From: a bacterium
Lineage (GTDB): Bacteria > UBA8248
Direction of reading: 5' to 3'
Assembly (NCBI GenBank): GCA_965203325.1
Contig: OZ241875.1
Span: 2,880,001-2,944,000 of the forward strand
Length of the DNA stretch: 64,000 bases
In this document: positions 1-10,402 of the stretch, in pieces
Position numbering within the stretch: position 1 is the first letter of the stretch
How the letters are laid out: the number at the start of each line of letters is the position of its first letter
Translations under genes and position numbers: made by a program
Notes under the pieces: generated by a model
Database searches by the model: none
Seen by the model: only the letters and a program-made list of their open reading frames with translations
What the model was told of the DNA's origin: nothing

Positions 1-761
1 AAACTCACGCGGTCCGCGCACTCGAACGGCGTGGTGTGGCCCGCGCCTTCCACCAACTCGATGACGGAGGCGCTCAGCCCCTCGTGCAGGGCGGTCATCT
101 GCGCGTGCGGCACTAGTGCATCGCCCGTGCCGCCGAACACCATGCAGGGAACGGCGATTTCGCCTAAGCGCGGCGTCAACTCCTCGCGCCTCCTGAGCGC
201 GTCGATGAGCAAGGCGATGGAATCGGGAACCTGGGAGAGCACGACCTTCTCCGTTGCCTCGATTTCGAGCGGGTGGGAGGCGATGTAGTCGGGCGCGAAC
301 AGGCTCTCGATGAAGTGCCCCGCGAAGCCTGCCATCCCCTCGTCGATGACGGTCTGCATGTGCTGCAGTCGCACCTTTTTTCCTTCTTCGGTATCCGCCG
401 TCGCCCGGGTGCTGATGAACCCGCACGCGCGCACCCGGAGCGGGTGGCGCAGCACCATCTCGAGCAGGATGTAGCCGCCCAGCGAAAAGCCCGCCACGGC
501 GGCGGCGCTGATGTCGAGCGCGCCCAGAAAAGCCGCCATGTCGTCGGCCATCATCGCGACCGAGATGGGGCCGCCCGTATGCGGCGTCCGCCCCATGCCG
601 CGCAGGTCGGGGCACAGGAGGCGGTAGCTTCTCTGCAGCGCTTCGACCTGGCGGTCCCAAATGGTGTGATCCAGCGAAAAGCCGTGCAGGAGCAGGAGCG
701 GCGGCCCGCTCCCCGATTCCTGGTAGGCGATATCGATTCCGTTCACGGATACGGTTTTCAT
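1..761 (-). CDS. Alpha/beta-fold hydrolase (partial, runs off left edge)
   Basis: Not in the ORF track; translated by hand from ATG 761: MKTVSVNGIDIAYQESGSGPPLLLLHGF...DLRGMG...GFSLGG (GxSxG nucleophile)...GAGH; no stop before position 1. Confidence 0.9.
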   Translation of the reverse strand, partial: MKTVSVNGIDIAYQESGSGPPLLLLHGFSLDHTIWDRQVEALQRSYRLLCPDLRGMGRTPHTGGPISVAMMADDMAAFLGALDISAAAVAGFSLGGYILLEMVLRHPLRVRACGFISTRATADTEEGKKVRLQHMQTVIDEGMAGFAGHFIESLFAPDYIASHPLEIEATEKVVLSQVPDSIALLIDALRRREELTPRLGEIAVPCMVFGGTGDALVPHAQMTALHEGLSASVIELVEGAGHTTPFECADRVS

Positions 762-906
762 TGCGCGCTCCCATCGTGTCTGAACCGGCTTGTAGGCGCC
801 GAGTTGTTTTTAGAGGCCACGATTCTAGCACAGCAAGGAAAGCGCCGGAACGCGGGGAGGAATGGGGGAGGCTTGAGGCGAGTTATTAGTCGGACCTGCT
901 GGTTTC

Positions 907-2187
<1,281 letters not shown>

Positions 2188-2326
2188 CGATCTTGGGCGG
2201 TGAGCGGTTCGATGTCAACAATTGCGCAGAGAAGCGTTTTTTTGTTATCCATGCGGGAGATTTGGTGGTATGTATTGGTTCGTTTTTGTTCCAAGCGTTT
2301 CATCGCCCGCATAAGGAAAACCCGAG

Positions 2327-3034
2327 TTGAACGGCAAGACGAAAATCCTGTGGACGGCGGGGCTGTGCCTGCTGGCGGCGGCCTTGCTCGCCTACCTCTT
2401 CTGGGGGCAGATAGACGACGCCTGGGCGTACCTGGTGAAGCTCCAGGACAAGAAAGAGCGGTTCAGGGACTGGATTTGCTCCTTCGGCCCCTGGGGGCCG
2501 GCCGTGTTCATCGGCGTACAGGTGCTCCAGGTGGTCTTCTCCCCCATACCGGGCGAGTTGACGGGTTTTCTGGGCGGCTACGTCTACGGCGCGCTCACAG
2601 CGACGATCCTGAGCACCATCGGCCTGACGATAGGCAGTTTCCTCGCGTTCTATATCGGGCGGAAGCTCGGGCGTCCCTTCGTGGAAAAACTCATACCGCC
2701 CAAAATTCTGGATAAATTCGACTTCCTCATCACGAACAGGGGCGCGTTTCTCGCCTTCGTCTTCTTCTCGATTCCCGGCTTCCCCAAGGACTACATGTGC
2801 TACCTCCTGGGTCTGAGTCCGCTCAGGACGCTGACGTTCGTGATCATCGCGTGTCTCGGCAGAATCCCCGGCACCATCATGCTGGGGGTCCAGGGGGCGG
2901 GGATGTACGAGGAGCAATACGGCCTGGTGGTCGCGCTTCTCATCGTCGCCGTGGTGGCCGGGGCGGCGGCGGTCTACTTCCAGGAGCCTCTGAGAGAATG
3001 GCTCAAGGAAAAGGCCGGCCGGGGTGAGACGTAA
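2327..3034 (+). CDS. TVP38/TMEM64 (DedA/VTT) family membrane protein
   Basis: QVVFSPIPGE, GSFLAFYIGRKLGR, IPGFPKDYMCYLLGLS; hydrophobic pattern. Confidence 0.88.
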   Translation: MNGKTKILWTAGLCLLAAALLAYLFWGQIDDAWAYLVKLQDKKERFRDWICSFGPWGPAVFIGVQVLQVVFSPIPGELTGFLGGYVYGALTATILSTIGLTIGSFLAFYIGRKLGRPFVEKLIPPKILDKFDFLITNRGAFLAFVFFSIPGFPKDYMCYLLGLSPLRTLTFVIIACLGRIPGTIMLGVQGAGMYEEQYGLVVALLIVAVVAGAAAVYFQEPLREWLKEKAGRGET

Positions 3035-3123
3035 GACGAATCAAGGGCGGCCACACACCGAATCACGTAATCAGGAATTTTCCACAACCCCCATTGGCCG
3101 CAATTCGGCGGCAATCCCGGCCC

Positions 3124-4008
3124 TTATGAAACTCCCAGATAGAGCAGAAGCAGGGGTATGGTGACAAGGCTCAGCGCCGTGCCCGTGAACACGATGGAGG
3201 CGGCCAGCGACCCCTCATCCCCGTAGCGTTCGGCGAAGATGTAGTTCAGCACGGCGGGCGGGCTGCACGACATCAGGAAGAGCGCCGCGCGGAACGCGCC
3301 CGTGAGCGCGAAGGCTTCCGAAAGCACCCATGCCAGCACGAAGCCGAGCCCGAACCGGAGCGCCGCCACCAGGAGGCTGATTCTGAAATCCGACGCCCGG
3401 ATGGAGCGGAGCCTATAGCCCAGCGTGAAGAGCTCCACCGGGAACATCCCGCGTCCGGTCAGATGCGAGAAGCGCAGGATGAACTTGGGCACGGGAATCG
3501 CCGCCATCGCCACTACGATGCCCAAAATCGCCGCGTAAAGGGCGGGCATTTTGAGGGGCTCCCTGACGCTCGCGCCGCCGCCGTAGGCCATGATCCCCAG
3601 GGTGAAGGAGATAAAGACGTTCGGTATGGAGAGCAGCACCACGTACGCCAGACCCTCCTCGCCGAAGGCCAGAAGCGCCAGGGGATAAGGCAGCGAGACG
3701 GAGTTCATGAGCATCACGCTGGGCACGAAGGGGCGTTGCGTCATGCCCGCCCAGCGTTTGACGGCCAAGGCGACGGCGCCCGGAATGATATGAATCAGCG
3801 TCGAGATGACGCCCGTCTGGATCAACTCCTCCCACATAATACGCTGCCGCGCCAAGGCGTCGAACATCACGGCGGGAGCGAGGAGGAACAGGACGAGTTC
3901 GGCCAGTACCTTGGGGTCGAGCTTTTTCCACCGGCCGTAGAGGAAGCCGACCCCGATCACGGCCATGACCGGGAAGACGATGTTCAAAAGCGGCAATACG
4001 GAAGACAT
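3124..4008 (-). CDS. AEC (auxin efflux carrier) family transporter
   Basis: About 10 TM segments, NSVSLPYPLA and PPAVLNYIFAERY motifs; start placed at MSSVLPLL. Confidence 0.85.
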   Translation of the reverse strand: MSSVLPLLNIVFPVMAVIGVGFLYGRWKKLDPKVLAELVLFLLAPAVMFDALARQRIMWEELIQTGVISTLIHIIPGAVALAVKRWAGMTQRPFVPSVMLMNSVSLPYPLALLAFGEEGLAYVVLLSIPNVFISFTLGIMAYGGGASVREPLKMPALYAAILGIVVAMAAIPVPKFILRFSHLTGRGMFPVELFTLGYRLRSIRASDFRISLLVAALRFGLGFVLAWVLSEAFALTGAFRAALFLMSCSPPAVLNYIFAERYGDEGSLAASIVFTGTALSLVTIPLLLLYLGVS

Positions 4009-4215
4009 GCGTTTCTCGAGAATCCTTTTTGTTCCGGAAAGAGGCTGAGTATACATACCGTTCCTTCGGGTGGCCATCCCGGTGGGGCGGCTGCTCCGCC
4101 GGGCGCGCCGCTTGAGCCGGGAAGAATTTGCGCAAGGGCGCGGGGACGCGGTAGCCTGCGGGCGGTTTCTCGTTGCTTCAATACGCCATGCCATACATTT
4201 TCTTGGGAGTGAAAC

Positions 4216-4653
4216 ATGCCGAAAGTCGATCATCTGGGCTACGCCGTGAGCAATCTCGATGAGAAGAAAAACGTGATGGAGGATTTGCTGGGCTTCCAGT
4301 TTCTGGAGAGAAGGGTGTATGAGCGGCCCGGCAACACCGCTCGCCTCGATTTCTACGAGGCCGAAGACGCGGTGATGGAACTCGTGGAGATGAGCGACCC
4401 CGAGGCACCGCTCAACCGGTTCATCGCCTCACGCGGCGAGGGACTGCACCATATCTGTTTCGTCGTCGATGACCTGAGGGCCACGATGGCCGAATGGGAG
4501 GCGAAGGGAGTCGAGTTCGTCCTCGCCCCCACCTACGGCTCGCGCGGCGGGGTCATCACCTTCACGAACGCGGCGACCACGGGCGGCCTCGCGGTGGAAC
4601 TGGTGCAGTACGTCCCCGAAGGAGAGGAGGTTCCTGACTGGGCGCAGAAGTAA
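4216..4653 (+). CDS. VOC-family protein, methylmalonyl-CoA epimerase-like
   Basis: DHLGYAV...ELVE...GEGLHHICFVVDD...GGLAVELVQ metal-binding pattern; GGAG upstream. Confidence 0.82.
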   Translation: MPKVDHLGYAVSNLDEKKNVMEDLLGFQFLERRVYERPGNTARLDFYEAEDAVMELVEMSDPEAPLNRFIASRGEGLHHICFVVDDLRATMAEWEAKGVEFVLAPTYGSRGGVITFTNAATTGGLAVELVQYVPEGEEVPDWAQK

Positions 4654-4838
4654 GGAAGCGCCATTCGCATAACCCGCACCACGCGCCCGGCTTGCCTGCA
4701 AGTAGAGAAAAGACGTGCTCGCGGTGCGGGTATGCGGCCTGCCGGGGGAGAAGGGATTATATGTACCTTCTTATACTTTGGATGACGCGGGGTTGATGAA
4801 AGAATTCGCCAAGTCCGAACGAAAGCCTCATTTTTCGC

Positions 4839-4867
4839 TTGACAAGCAAGGTCCAATCCCCCACTAT
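4839..4867 (+). promoter_or_regulatory. Putative sigma70 promoter of the candidate ncRNA
   Basis: TTGACA (4839-4844), 17-nt spacer, CACTAT (4862-4867); predicted start near G4875, the first base of the 16-bp helix. Confidence 0.5.
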
Positions 4868-4874
4868 TTCACCC

Positions 4875-5391
4875 GGCATACAATCCACGTGTGGTCGATC
4901 TCACGGGCTGCCCGCTGAATACAAGACGACTCTTCCTGAGAGTTGAAATAGGCGGGAACCCACATTTCTTCCAAAACGTGGATTGTATGCCAACCAGCCC
5001 GTATTTCATCCGTGGGTTCGGGTGAATCAATCCGCGTGTGGATTGGGAAGGATTGTATGGGTCGAGCTAGTTCATGATGAACATACCTATCTAAACCATA
5101 TAAAGGCGGCTTTTTCAGGAAACTGATGACAGGGATGCACTATAGCGAAAAATGACTGGTTGGTCAAATAGGGAAGCCGGTTGCCGCGTCGTAGGTGAAG
5201 AAGCGGTGCCGGTTTCTAGCGGCGGCCGGAAAGGGCGATGGGGCGGGTTTCAAAAGCGCCTCCGGAGCTCAGGCAAGAAGATGAAGAATTTGGGGGTTAC
5301 TCATTAGCTGCTTGACCTCGTGGAGTAGCGAGTACCGTTCCGGGTTCGAGTTGGGTCCTCAGACCCGCAACGGGAATAATGAGTAACCCCC
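4875..5391 (+). ncRNA. Candidate large structured non-coding RNA (~520 nt), class unassigned
   Basis: No ORF of 60 aa or more within 4919-5378 in any frame; perfect helices 4875-4890/4976-4991 and 5292-5306/5377-5391; 8-bp pseudoknot-type pairings; GAAA tetraloop hairpin; pyrimidine tail. Confidence 0.65.
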
Positions 5392-5631
5392 TCCTTCTTT
5401 CATCGATGCGTACTCGAAAGCAGATTCCAATACGAGCGACTTTCGCGCCGGCTCCCCGGGTCGGGGGCGAGCATCCCCATTATAGTCTCATCTTGTCGCC
5501 GATTGCGAGTTTTTTCCCGAACGCGGGTTTCGCTCCTCGGCGCCGGCCGCTTCCGGGGTACACGGCGAGGGGCCTGTTTTCGGTTTTCGTGCGGCCCGCC
5601 GAGGGGGGAGGGCTGCATTCCGAGAGGGTGC

Positions 5632-5640
5632 TGGTATAAT
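5632..5640 (+). promoter_or_regulatory. Extended -10 promoter (TGnTATAAT) for the DUF5678-like/retropepsin pair
   Basis: TGGTATAAT about 70 nt upstream of ATG 5707; GGAGG precedes the ATG. Confidence 0.55.
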
Positions 5641-5706
5641 GAATTTTGCTCTCTTCCGTGTTTTTGGCTAACCGGCTGAATTCGCGATTTGTTCGGGAGG
5701 CTCGCC

Positions 5707-5952
5707 ATGGAAAATGGATTGAACGATGAATTTGAATACTATTTGGAAAACCAGCTCGATCTCACCGAGAAGTATGAAGGCAGATATATCGTAATCAAAA
5801 ATCGCAATGTGATCGGAGACTACGATACCAAGAGAGCTGCAATCGAAATGACGATGAAAATGCATATGTTGGGCACTTTTCTGGTGCAGAAATGTAGCAG
5901 TGACCCCAACAGCATAAAAAAAAGGTTTCTGTCGCGGGCCTATTTTTCGTAA
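5707..5952 (+). CDS. Small DUF5678-like protein
   Basis: EFEYYLENQLDLTEKYEGRYIVIKNRNVIGDYD pattern; its stop overlaps the next ATG (TAATG). Confidence 0.7.
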   Translation: MENGLNDEFEYYLENQLDLTEKYEGRYIVIKNRNVIGDYDTKRAAIEMTMKMHMLGTFLVQKCSSDPNSIKKRFLSRAYFS

Positions 5953-6415
5953 TGTTCAAAAAGAAAAGTTCTGCTTTCACGACATATTGCCGAGGATATG
6001 AAAACGTCCTTTCCAATCTGGTCGAGGTCGCGCCTGCTTATGACCCCGAGTTAGGTTTCTCCAGGTCTTTTTCAGGAAATACAGAGCGGTTTCGGATACA
6101 GGCGCCACGCACAGCGCGATAACGTCGCAAGTGGTTCGGGATTTCGCCTTGCGAGCTACTGGCATGGCCGTCGTTTATGACGCCACCACTACGCAAAATG
6201 TCCATACGTATTCAGTCAATATCTTATTACCCAACCATGTTGAGTTTTCCGATTGGGAAGTGACCGAGGCGGGTGGACTTGTTGGCGATGAAGACATCCT
6301 GATTGGTATGGATATTATCGGGGCCGGTGATTTCGCGGTTAGCAATAAAGAACGAACGGTATTCACCTTTCGCTATCCTTCACAAGAAGAGATCAGTTTT
6401 TCCAAGCAAGGCTAA
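5952..6415 (+). pseudogene. Retropepsin-like (clan AA) aspartic protease, split by a -1 frameshift
   Basis: The ATG 5952 frame stops at 6120-6122; the -1 frame carries DTGATHSAIT (6095) and ILIGMDII; T5 run at 6068-6072 is a likely site. Confidence 0.75.
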
Positions 6416-6473
6416 GCTCCCACGCATTCTACCGGGAACATGGCGCAATGATTCAATGGGCCCCTCTCCCGCG

Positions 6474-7484
6474 CTATGGCTTCCTGCTCTCTCCTCCGGC
6501 GAAAAACGCGGCGATCTTGCCCAGCGACGCCGGGATGTCCACGTCCCACTGGCGGTTCGAGCCGCCGCCGGTGTGGGGCAGCAAGACGGCGTTGGGAAGG
6601 CCGATGAGGGGGCTGTCGGCGGGCAGGGGCTCGTAGCAGTAGACGTCGAGCCCGGCCATGGCGATCGCGCCCGTTCTGAGCGCATCTGCGAGCGCCGCCT
6701 CATCGACGAGCGCGCCCCGGCCCACGTTGATGAGGGCCGCCGTATTCTTCATGCGCGCGAGCTGTTCCGCGCCGATCATCCCCTCGCTCTCTTCTGTATG
6801 CGGAAGCACGAGTACGAGGTAGTCGACCTGCTCAAGCAGATCTTCAAAGGGAAGATACGCCGCCCGGTACTCCGCCTCCACGTCCGGCGTGTGGCGCGTG
6901 CGCTGGTAGTAGAAGATCTCCATGTCGAAGGCCAAACAGCGCCTGGCGATGTCCATGCCGATGTCGCCCAGTCCGATGATTCCGACGTTCTTGCCGAATA
7001 GCTCCGCAACGCCCTCGATCTCCGGCCAGTTGGGCCGGATGTTCCACTGGCTGGTCGCGACGGGTTCCAGCCCCATCTCGCGGTAGACGCCCGCCTCGAC
7101 CGCCCGCTGGCCTAAAATCGTCTTGCGCTCGCAACACAGCATGAGAGTCAGGGCTTGTTCGGCCACGGTGGCGTTGCGCATGAGCGACTGCGTGCCGACG
7201 GGGATTCCGCGCTCGCGCGCCGCGGCCGCGTCGATGTTCTTGCAGTTCAGGCCGTGTTTCTGGATGTAGCGGAGCTTGGCAGCCGCCTGGATGACCGAAG
7301 CCGGCAGCGCCGCCTTGTAGCATAGGATCGCCTCGGCTTCCGGTGCGAGTGCCAAGAGCGCGTCTTCCTCCGTGCTGTCGGGCGCGATGATATCGAAAGG
7401 CTCGGAGGCTGCGTTCGCCTTGACCCGGCTCAGAAAACGGCCCGACGCCCCGTCGGTGACGAGCAGGCGTATCTTGTCGTTCAT
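6474..7484 (-). CDS. D-isomer-specific 2-hydroxyacid dehydrogenase
   Basis: GIIGLGDIG Rossmann motif, INVGRGALVDE, GLDVYCYEP, LLPHTGG. Confidence 0.92.
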   Translation of the reverse strand: MNDKIRLLVTDGASGRFLSRVKANAASEPFDIIAPDSTEEDALLALAPEAEAILCYKAALPASVIQAAAKLRYIQKHGLNCKNIDAAAARERGIPVGTQSLMRNATVAEQALTLMLCCERKTILGQRAVEAGVYREMGLEPVATSQWNIRPNWPEIEGVAELFGKNVGIIGLGDIGMDIARRCLAFDMEIFYYQRTRHTPDVEAEYRAAYLPFEDLLEQVDYLVLVLPHTEESEGMIGAEQLARMKNTAALINVGRGALVDEAALADALRTGAIAMAGLDVYCYEPLPADSPLIGLPNAVLLPHTGGGSNRQWDVDIPASLGKIAAFFAGGESRKP

Positions 7485-7756
7485 GTGCTCTCCTTGCGTG
7501 GGGTGTGATGTGAGAAACAGAAGGTTCTTCTTATCATAGTCGGGGCGGGGGTTGCTATTGGGTGTTTTTTTTTGTTGGCAGTTTCTCCCCAGGAGGGTTT
7601 CAAAAATTACTCCCCCTCGGGGGTTTTTGAAAGAGCCGGTTTCGGGCGCGGCGGTACGGGGATTACTCAGCGGCGTCATGGGAGTTCGCGTAGGGGGGAG
7701 CAGTTCTTCTTTAATCGGTTGCCGATGACTCTCAAGGGGGCGCCGGTTTCTTTTCT

Positions 7757-8176
7757 TCAGCTCTCCGCCAGCTTTTTCAGATTCGCCAGTTCCACGATGT
7801 TCTCTTCCGTCCCGCCCCGGTGGAGGGTCTGGTCCTCGTAAGCCTCGTTGTCCACGGTGTGCATCACGTGGGTGAGGTCGCCCACCTGCTCGAAGCGGTA
7901 GGTGATGACCTGGGCGGGCTTATCGCTCCCGCCGACGTAGTTCTCCCAGACGATCTTGGAATGAGGCTCCCATACGGTGATCACCGAGTCGCACTCGGGC
8001 CTGTCGTGAAAGGTCTGGTGGAACCGGGTCCCCGCCCCCTGGTGGCCTCCAGGCGAGGTGATCGTCACCTCCTTGGAGAACGGCGCGATTTGGGGATGCG
8101 TCTCCACGTTCCCGACGAACTCGAAAACCTTATCGACGGGAGCGCGGACTTGTTCGAGGACGACGACTGGCGGCAT
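7757..8176 (-). CDS. SRPBCC (polyketide cyclase/START-like) protein
   Basis: VRAPVDKVFEFV...GAGTRF...VITVWEP pattern; AAGGA upstream; follows the ABC permease. Confidence 0.75.
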   Translation of the reverse strand: MPPVVVLEQVRAPVDKVFEFVGNVETHPQIAPFSKEVTITSPGGHQGAGTRFHQTFHDRPECDSVITVWEPHSKIVWENYVGGSDKPAQVITYRFEQVGDLTHVMHTVDNEAYEDQTLHRGGTEENIVELANLKKLAES

Positions 8177-8232
8177 CGGTTCTTTCCTCCATGTGCTGAC
8201 CGGCCCGCGTTCCAGATGGGCCGGAGAGTCGT

Positions 8233-9144
8233 TTAACCGGGAATGACGGTTTCCTGCCCCATCCGGCTCGTGGGCCGCCAGCGCAGGGCGCGCCCTTCGG
8301 CCCAGTTCAATATCTGGTTCACCAGGATGACCAGGAACATGAGCAGGAAGATGATCAGGATGAGGCCCGTGGTGTAGTACTCGTTGTTGTAGCGCTGCAG
8401 CAGGTAGCCGAGTCCTTTGTCGGCGATGATGTATTCGCCGACGATCGCGCCCACCATGCCGAAGGGGATGCTGATCTTGAGACCGTTGAATATCCACGGC
8501 GAGGCGGAGGGAATCACGATCTTGCGCAGAATGGCCAGCTTGCTCCCCCCCAGAACGCGCGAGACGTTGATGAGGTCCCGGCTCACGCCCCGGATGCCCG
8601 CGAACGTGCTCACGAAAGTCAGGAAGAACACGATGGTCATCACCAGGATGATCTTGGGCTGTCGCTCGATACCGAACCACGCGATGAACAGAGGAGCGTA
8701 CGCGATGCGCGGAACTCCGTTGAAAGCCATGATGAACGGCTCGATGACCAGGGCCACGACATCGATTTCCGCCAGCAGGAAGCCGAAGAGAATCCCGGCG
8801 AGGGCGCCGAAGACATAGCCCCAGAAGGTGTTCTCCACCGTGTAGAAGAAGTGCACCCACAAGGAGCCGTCCGGATTGGCCGGGTCCGCGATCTCGAAAA
8901 ACGACGTTACGAGCAGACTCGGGCTGGAGATGGTGCGGTGGTCGATGAGACGCCCCGAAACGGCTTCCCACAATACGATCATGATCACGCCGAACAGAAC
9001 GCGCAGCGCCGCCACGCGCACCCAGCGGAGCTCCTCCGCGTTCCTCACCCGCCACCACAGCAGGCGCGCTCCTGTGACTTCTGGAGGAAGGAGGAGGTCC
9101 AGTTCCTCAGGAGGCGTGGATTTCACTTCGTCGGTCTGCGCCAT
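8233..9144 (-). CDS. NitT/TauT-family ABC transporter permease
   Basis: VPRIAYAPLFIAWFG, EAA-like loop, GAIVGEY...GLGY. Confidence 0.92.
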   Translation of the reverse strand: MAQTDEVKSTPPEELDLLLPPEVTGARLLWWRVRNAEELRWVRVAALRVLFGVIMIVLWEAVSGRLIDHRTISSPSLLVTSFFEIADPANPDGSLWVHFFYTVENTFWGYVFGALAGILFGFLLAEIDVVALVIEPFIMAFNGVPRIAYAPLFIAWFGIERQPKIILVMTIVFFLTFVSTFAGIRGVSRDLINVSRVLGGSKLAILRKIVIPSASPWIFNGLKISIPFGMVGAIVGEYIIADKGLGYLLQRYNNEYYTTGLILIIFLLMFLVILVNQILNWAEGRALRWRPTSRMGQETVIPG

Positions 9145-9923
9145 TACATCACCTTCGCCACTTCGTCTCTGAGCTCTTCCCAGAGCTTGTCGTAGATCTC
9201 GCGGTAAGCTTGGGAGTCGTGGATGTGGTAGACGTCGCGCGGTCTCGGGATCGTCACGGGGGTGACGCTCTTGATGGTCCCGGGCCGGCCCGTCATCACC
9301 ACCACTCTATCGGCCAGCGTGATGGCTTCGGCCAGGTCGTGCGTGATGAAGACGATGGTCTTGCGCTCTTCGCGCCAGAGCTCGAGCAACTGGTTCTGGA
9401 GCGTGAGGCGGGTCTGGGCGTCCAGGGGGCCGAAGGGCTCATCCATCAGGATGACGCGGGGGTCGCATATCAGGGTGCGGATGATGTTTACGCGCTGGCG
9501 CATTCCCCCCGACAACTCGTGCGGGTAATGGTTCTCGAAGCCCGAGAGGCCCACCTTGTCGATCAGGGCCTGCACGCGCTCGGCGACGCCGTTCGAGACG
9601 GACACACCGCGGAACTCCAGGGGGAGCAGCACGTTCTTGCGCAGGGTCCGCCAGGGCAGCAGGTTGTCCTGCTGGGTCACGTAGCCGATCTCGGGGTTCA
9701 GCCCGCTGGTGCGCTCTCCCCGGAAATGCACCTCCCCGCTGCTGGGGGGGAAGAGCCCGGCCAGGATGTTCAGCAGGGTGCTCTTGCCGCAGCCGCTCGG
9801 CCCGACGATGGTCACGAACTCCCCCTCGCCCACGTCGAGGTTCACGTCGGACATCGCATGGACGATGGTCCCCCGCGAGAGGAACCGCTTGCCGACCTGC
9901 CGGATGGACAAAGACGCCGTCAA
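9144..9923 (-). CDS. NitT/TauT-family ABC transporter ATP-binding protein
   Basis: [30 protein letters not shown]. Confidence 0.95.
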   Translation of the reverse strand: MTASLSIRQVGKRFLSRGTIVHAMSDVNLDVGEGEFVTIVGPSGCGKSTLLNILAGLFPPSSGEVHFRGERTSGLNPEIGYVTQQDNLLPWRTLRKNVLLPLEFRGVSVSNGVAERVQALIDKVGLSGFENHYPHELSGGMRQRVNIIRTLICDPRVILMDEPFGPLDAQTRLTLQNQLLELWREERKTIVFITHDLAEAITLADRVVVMTGRPGTIKSVTPVTIPRPRDVYHIHDSQAYREIYDKLWEELRDEVAKVM

Positions 9924-10096
9924 CGAATCATGCTCCCTAAGCTCCTCCGGCCGGAGCGTTCACGCCCCGGCGGGGTTGTTGAATCATCCTGCAATGGCGG
10001 GATGACGAGCAAAACCACGCCTTCCTTGAGGTTCTTTTCACTCCCCCCTTGAGGGCGATGTTGAAAAAGCCCACAGAAGGAGCATGCAACATTTCA

Positions 10097-10246
10097 CTCC
10101 CCCCTTGAGGGGGAGTCGATGAAGCCGAGCGTATTTTGCGAAGGCTGAATCGGTGGGGGGACATGCCACAGAAAAAAAACTCCCCCCACCAGCGCGGTTT
10201 CGGGCTAAAGCCCTCGCCTTGCTGACTCCCCCCTCAAGGGGGGAGT
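10097..10246. repeat. MITE/REP-like element with GC-rich palindromic ends
   Basis: ACTCCCCCTTGAGGGGGAGTC...GACTCCCCCTCAAGGGGGGAGT inverted arms; partial copies near 10040, 10356 and 16350-16390. Confidence 0.7.
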
Positions 10247-10402
10247 GGAACTTCCCTCTTCTTGTACGGCAATAGGCCGCATGGGGGAAGTGAAGTCTCC
10301 TCTCCCCCCGGTCAGCCCCATACGCCGAATCAAGCAATCATCACTTTTGAAACAGCCCCCCTCACAGGAGGGAGGCTGCACAGAATCTACAGAAAAACCC
10401 GC

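Noticed and set aside
5123..5150. CTGATGA...CGAAA hammerhead-like core
   Set aside because: No stem II closes between the motifs (C opposite C), and CTGA is already used in the GAAA hairpin.
5166..5181. AAATAGGGAAGCCGGT resembles the cobalamin riboswitch core
   Set aside because: The expected downstream AAUCC, GCCCCCGCnACUGU and B12-box elements are absent, and the GGGAAGG lies upstream rather than downstream.
5242..5260. GGGTTTCAAAA as a tRNA-Sec anticodon arm
   Set aside because: No acceptor stem, T-arm or CCA in the right positions.
4875..5391. Retron msr-msd or other RT/nuclease-associated RNA
   Set aside because: No reverse transcriptase, IscB/TnpB or HNH ORF is visible nearby.
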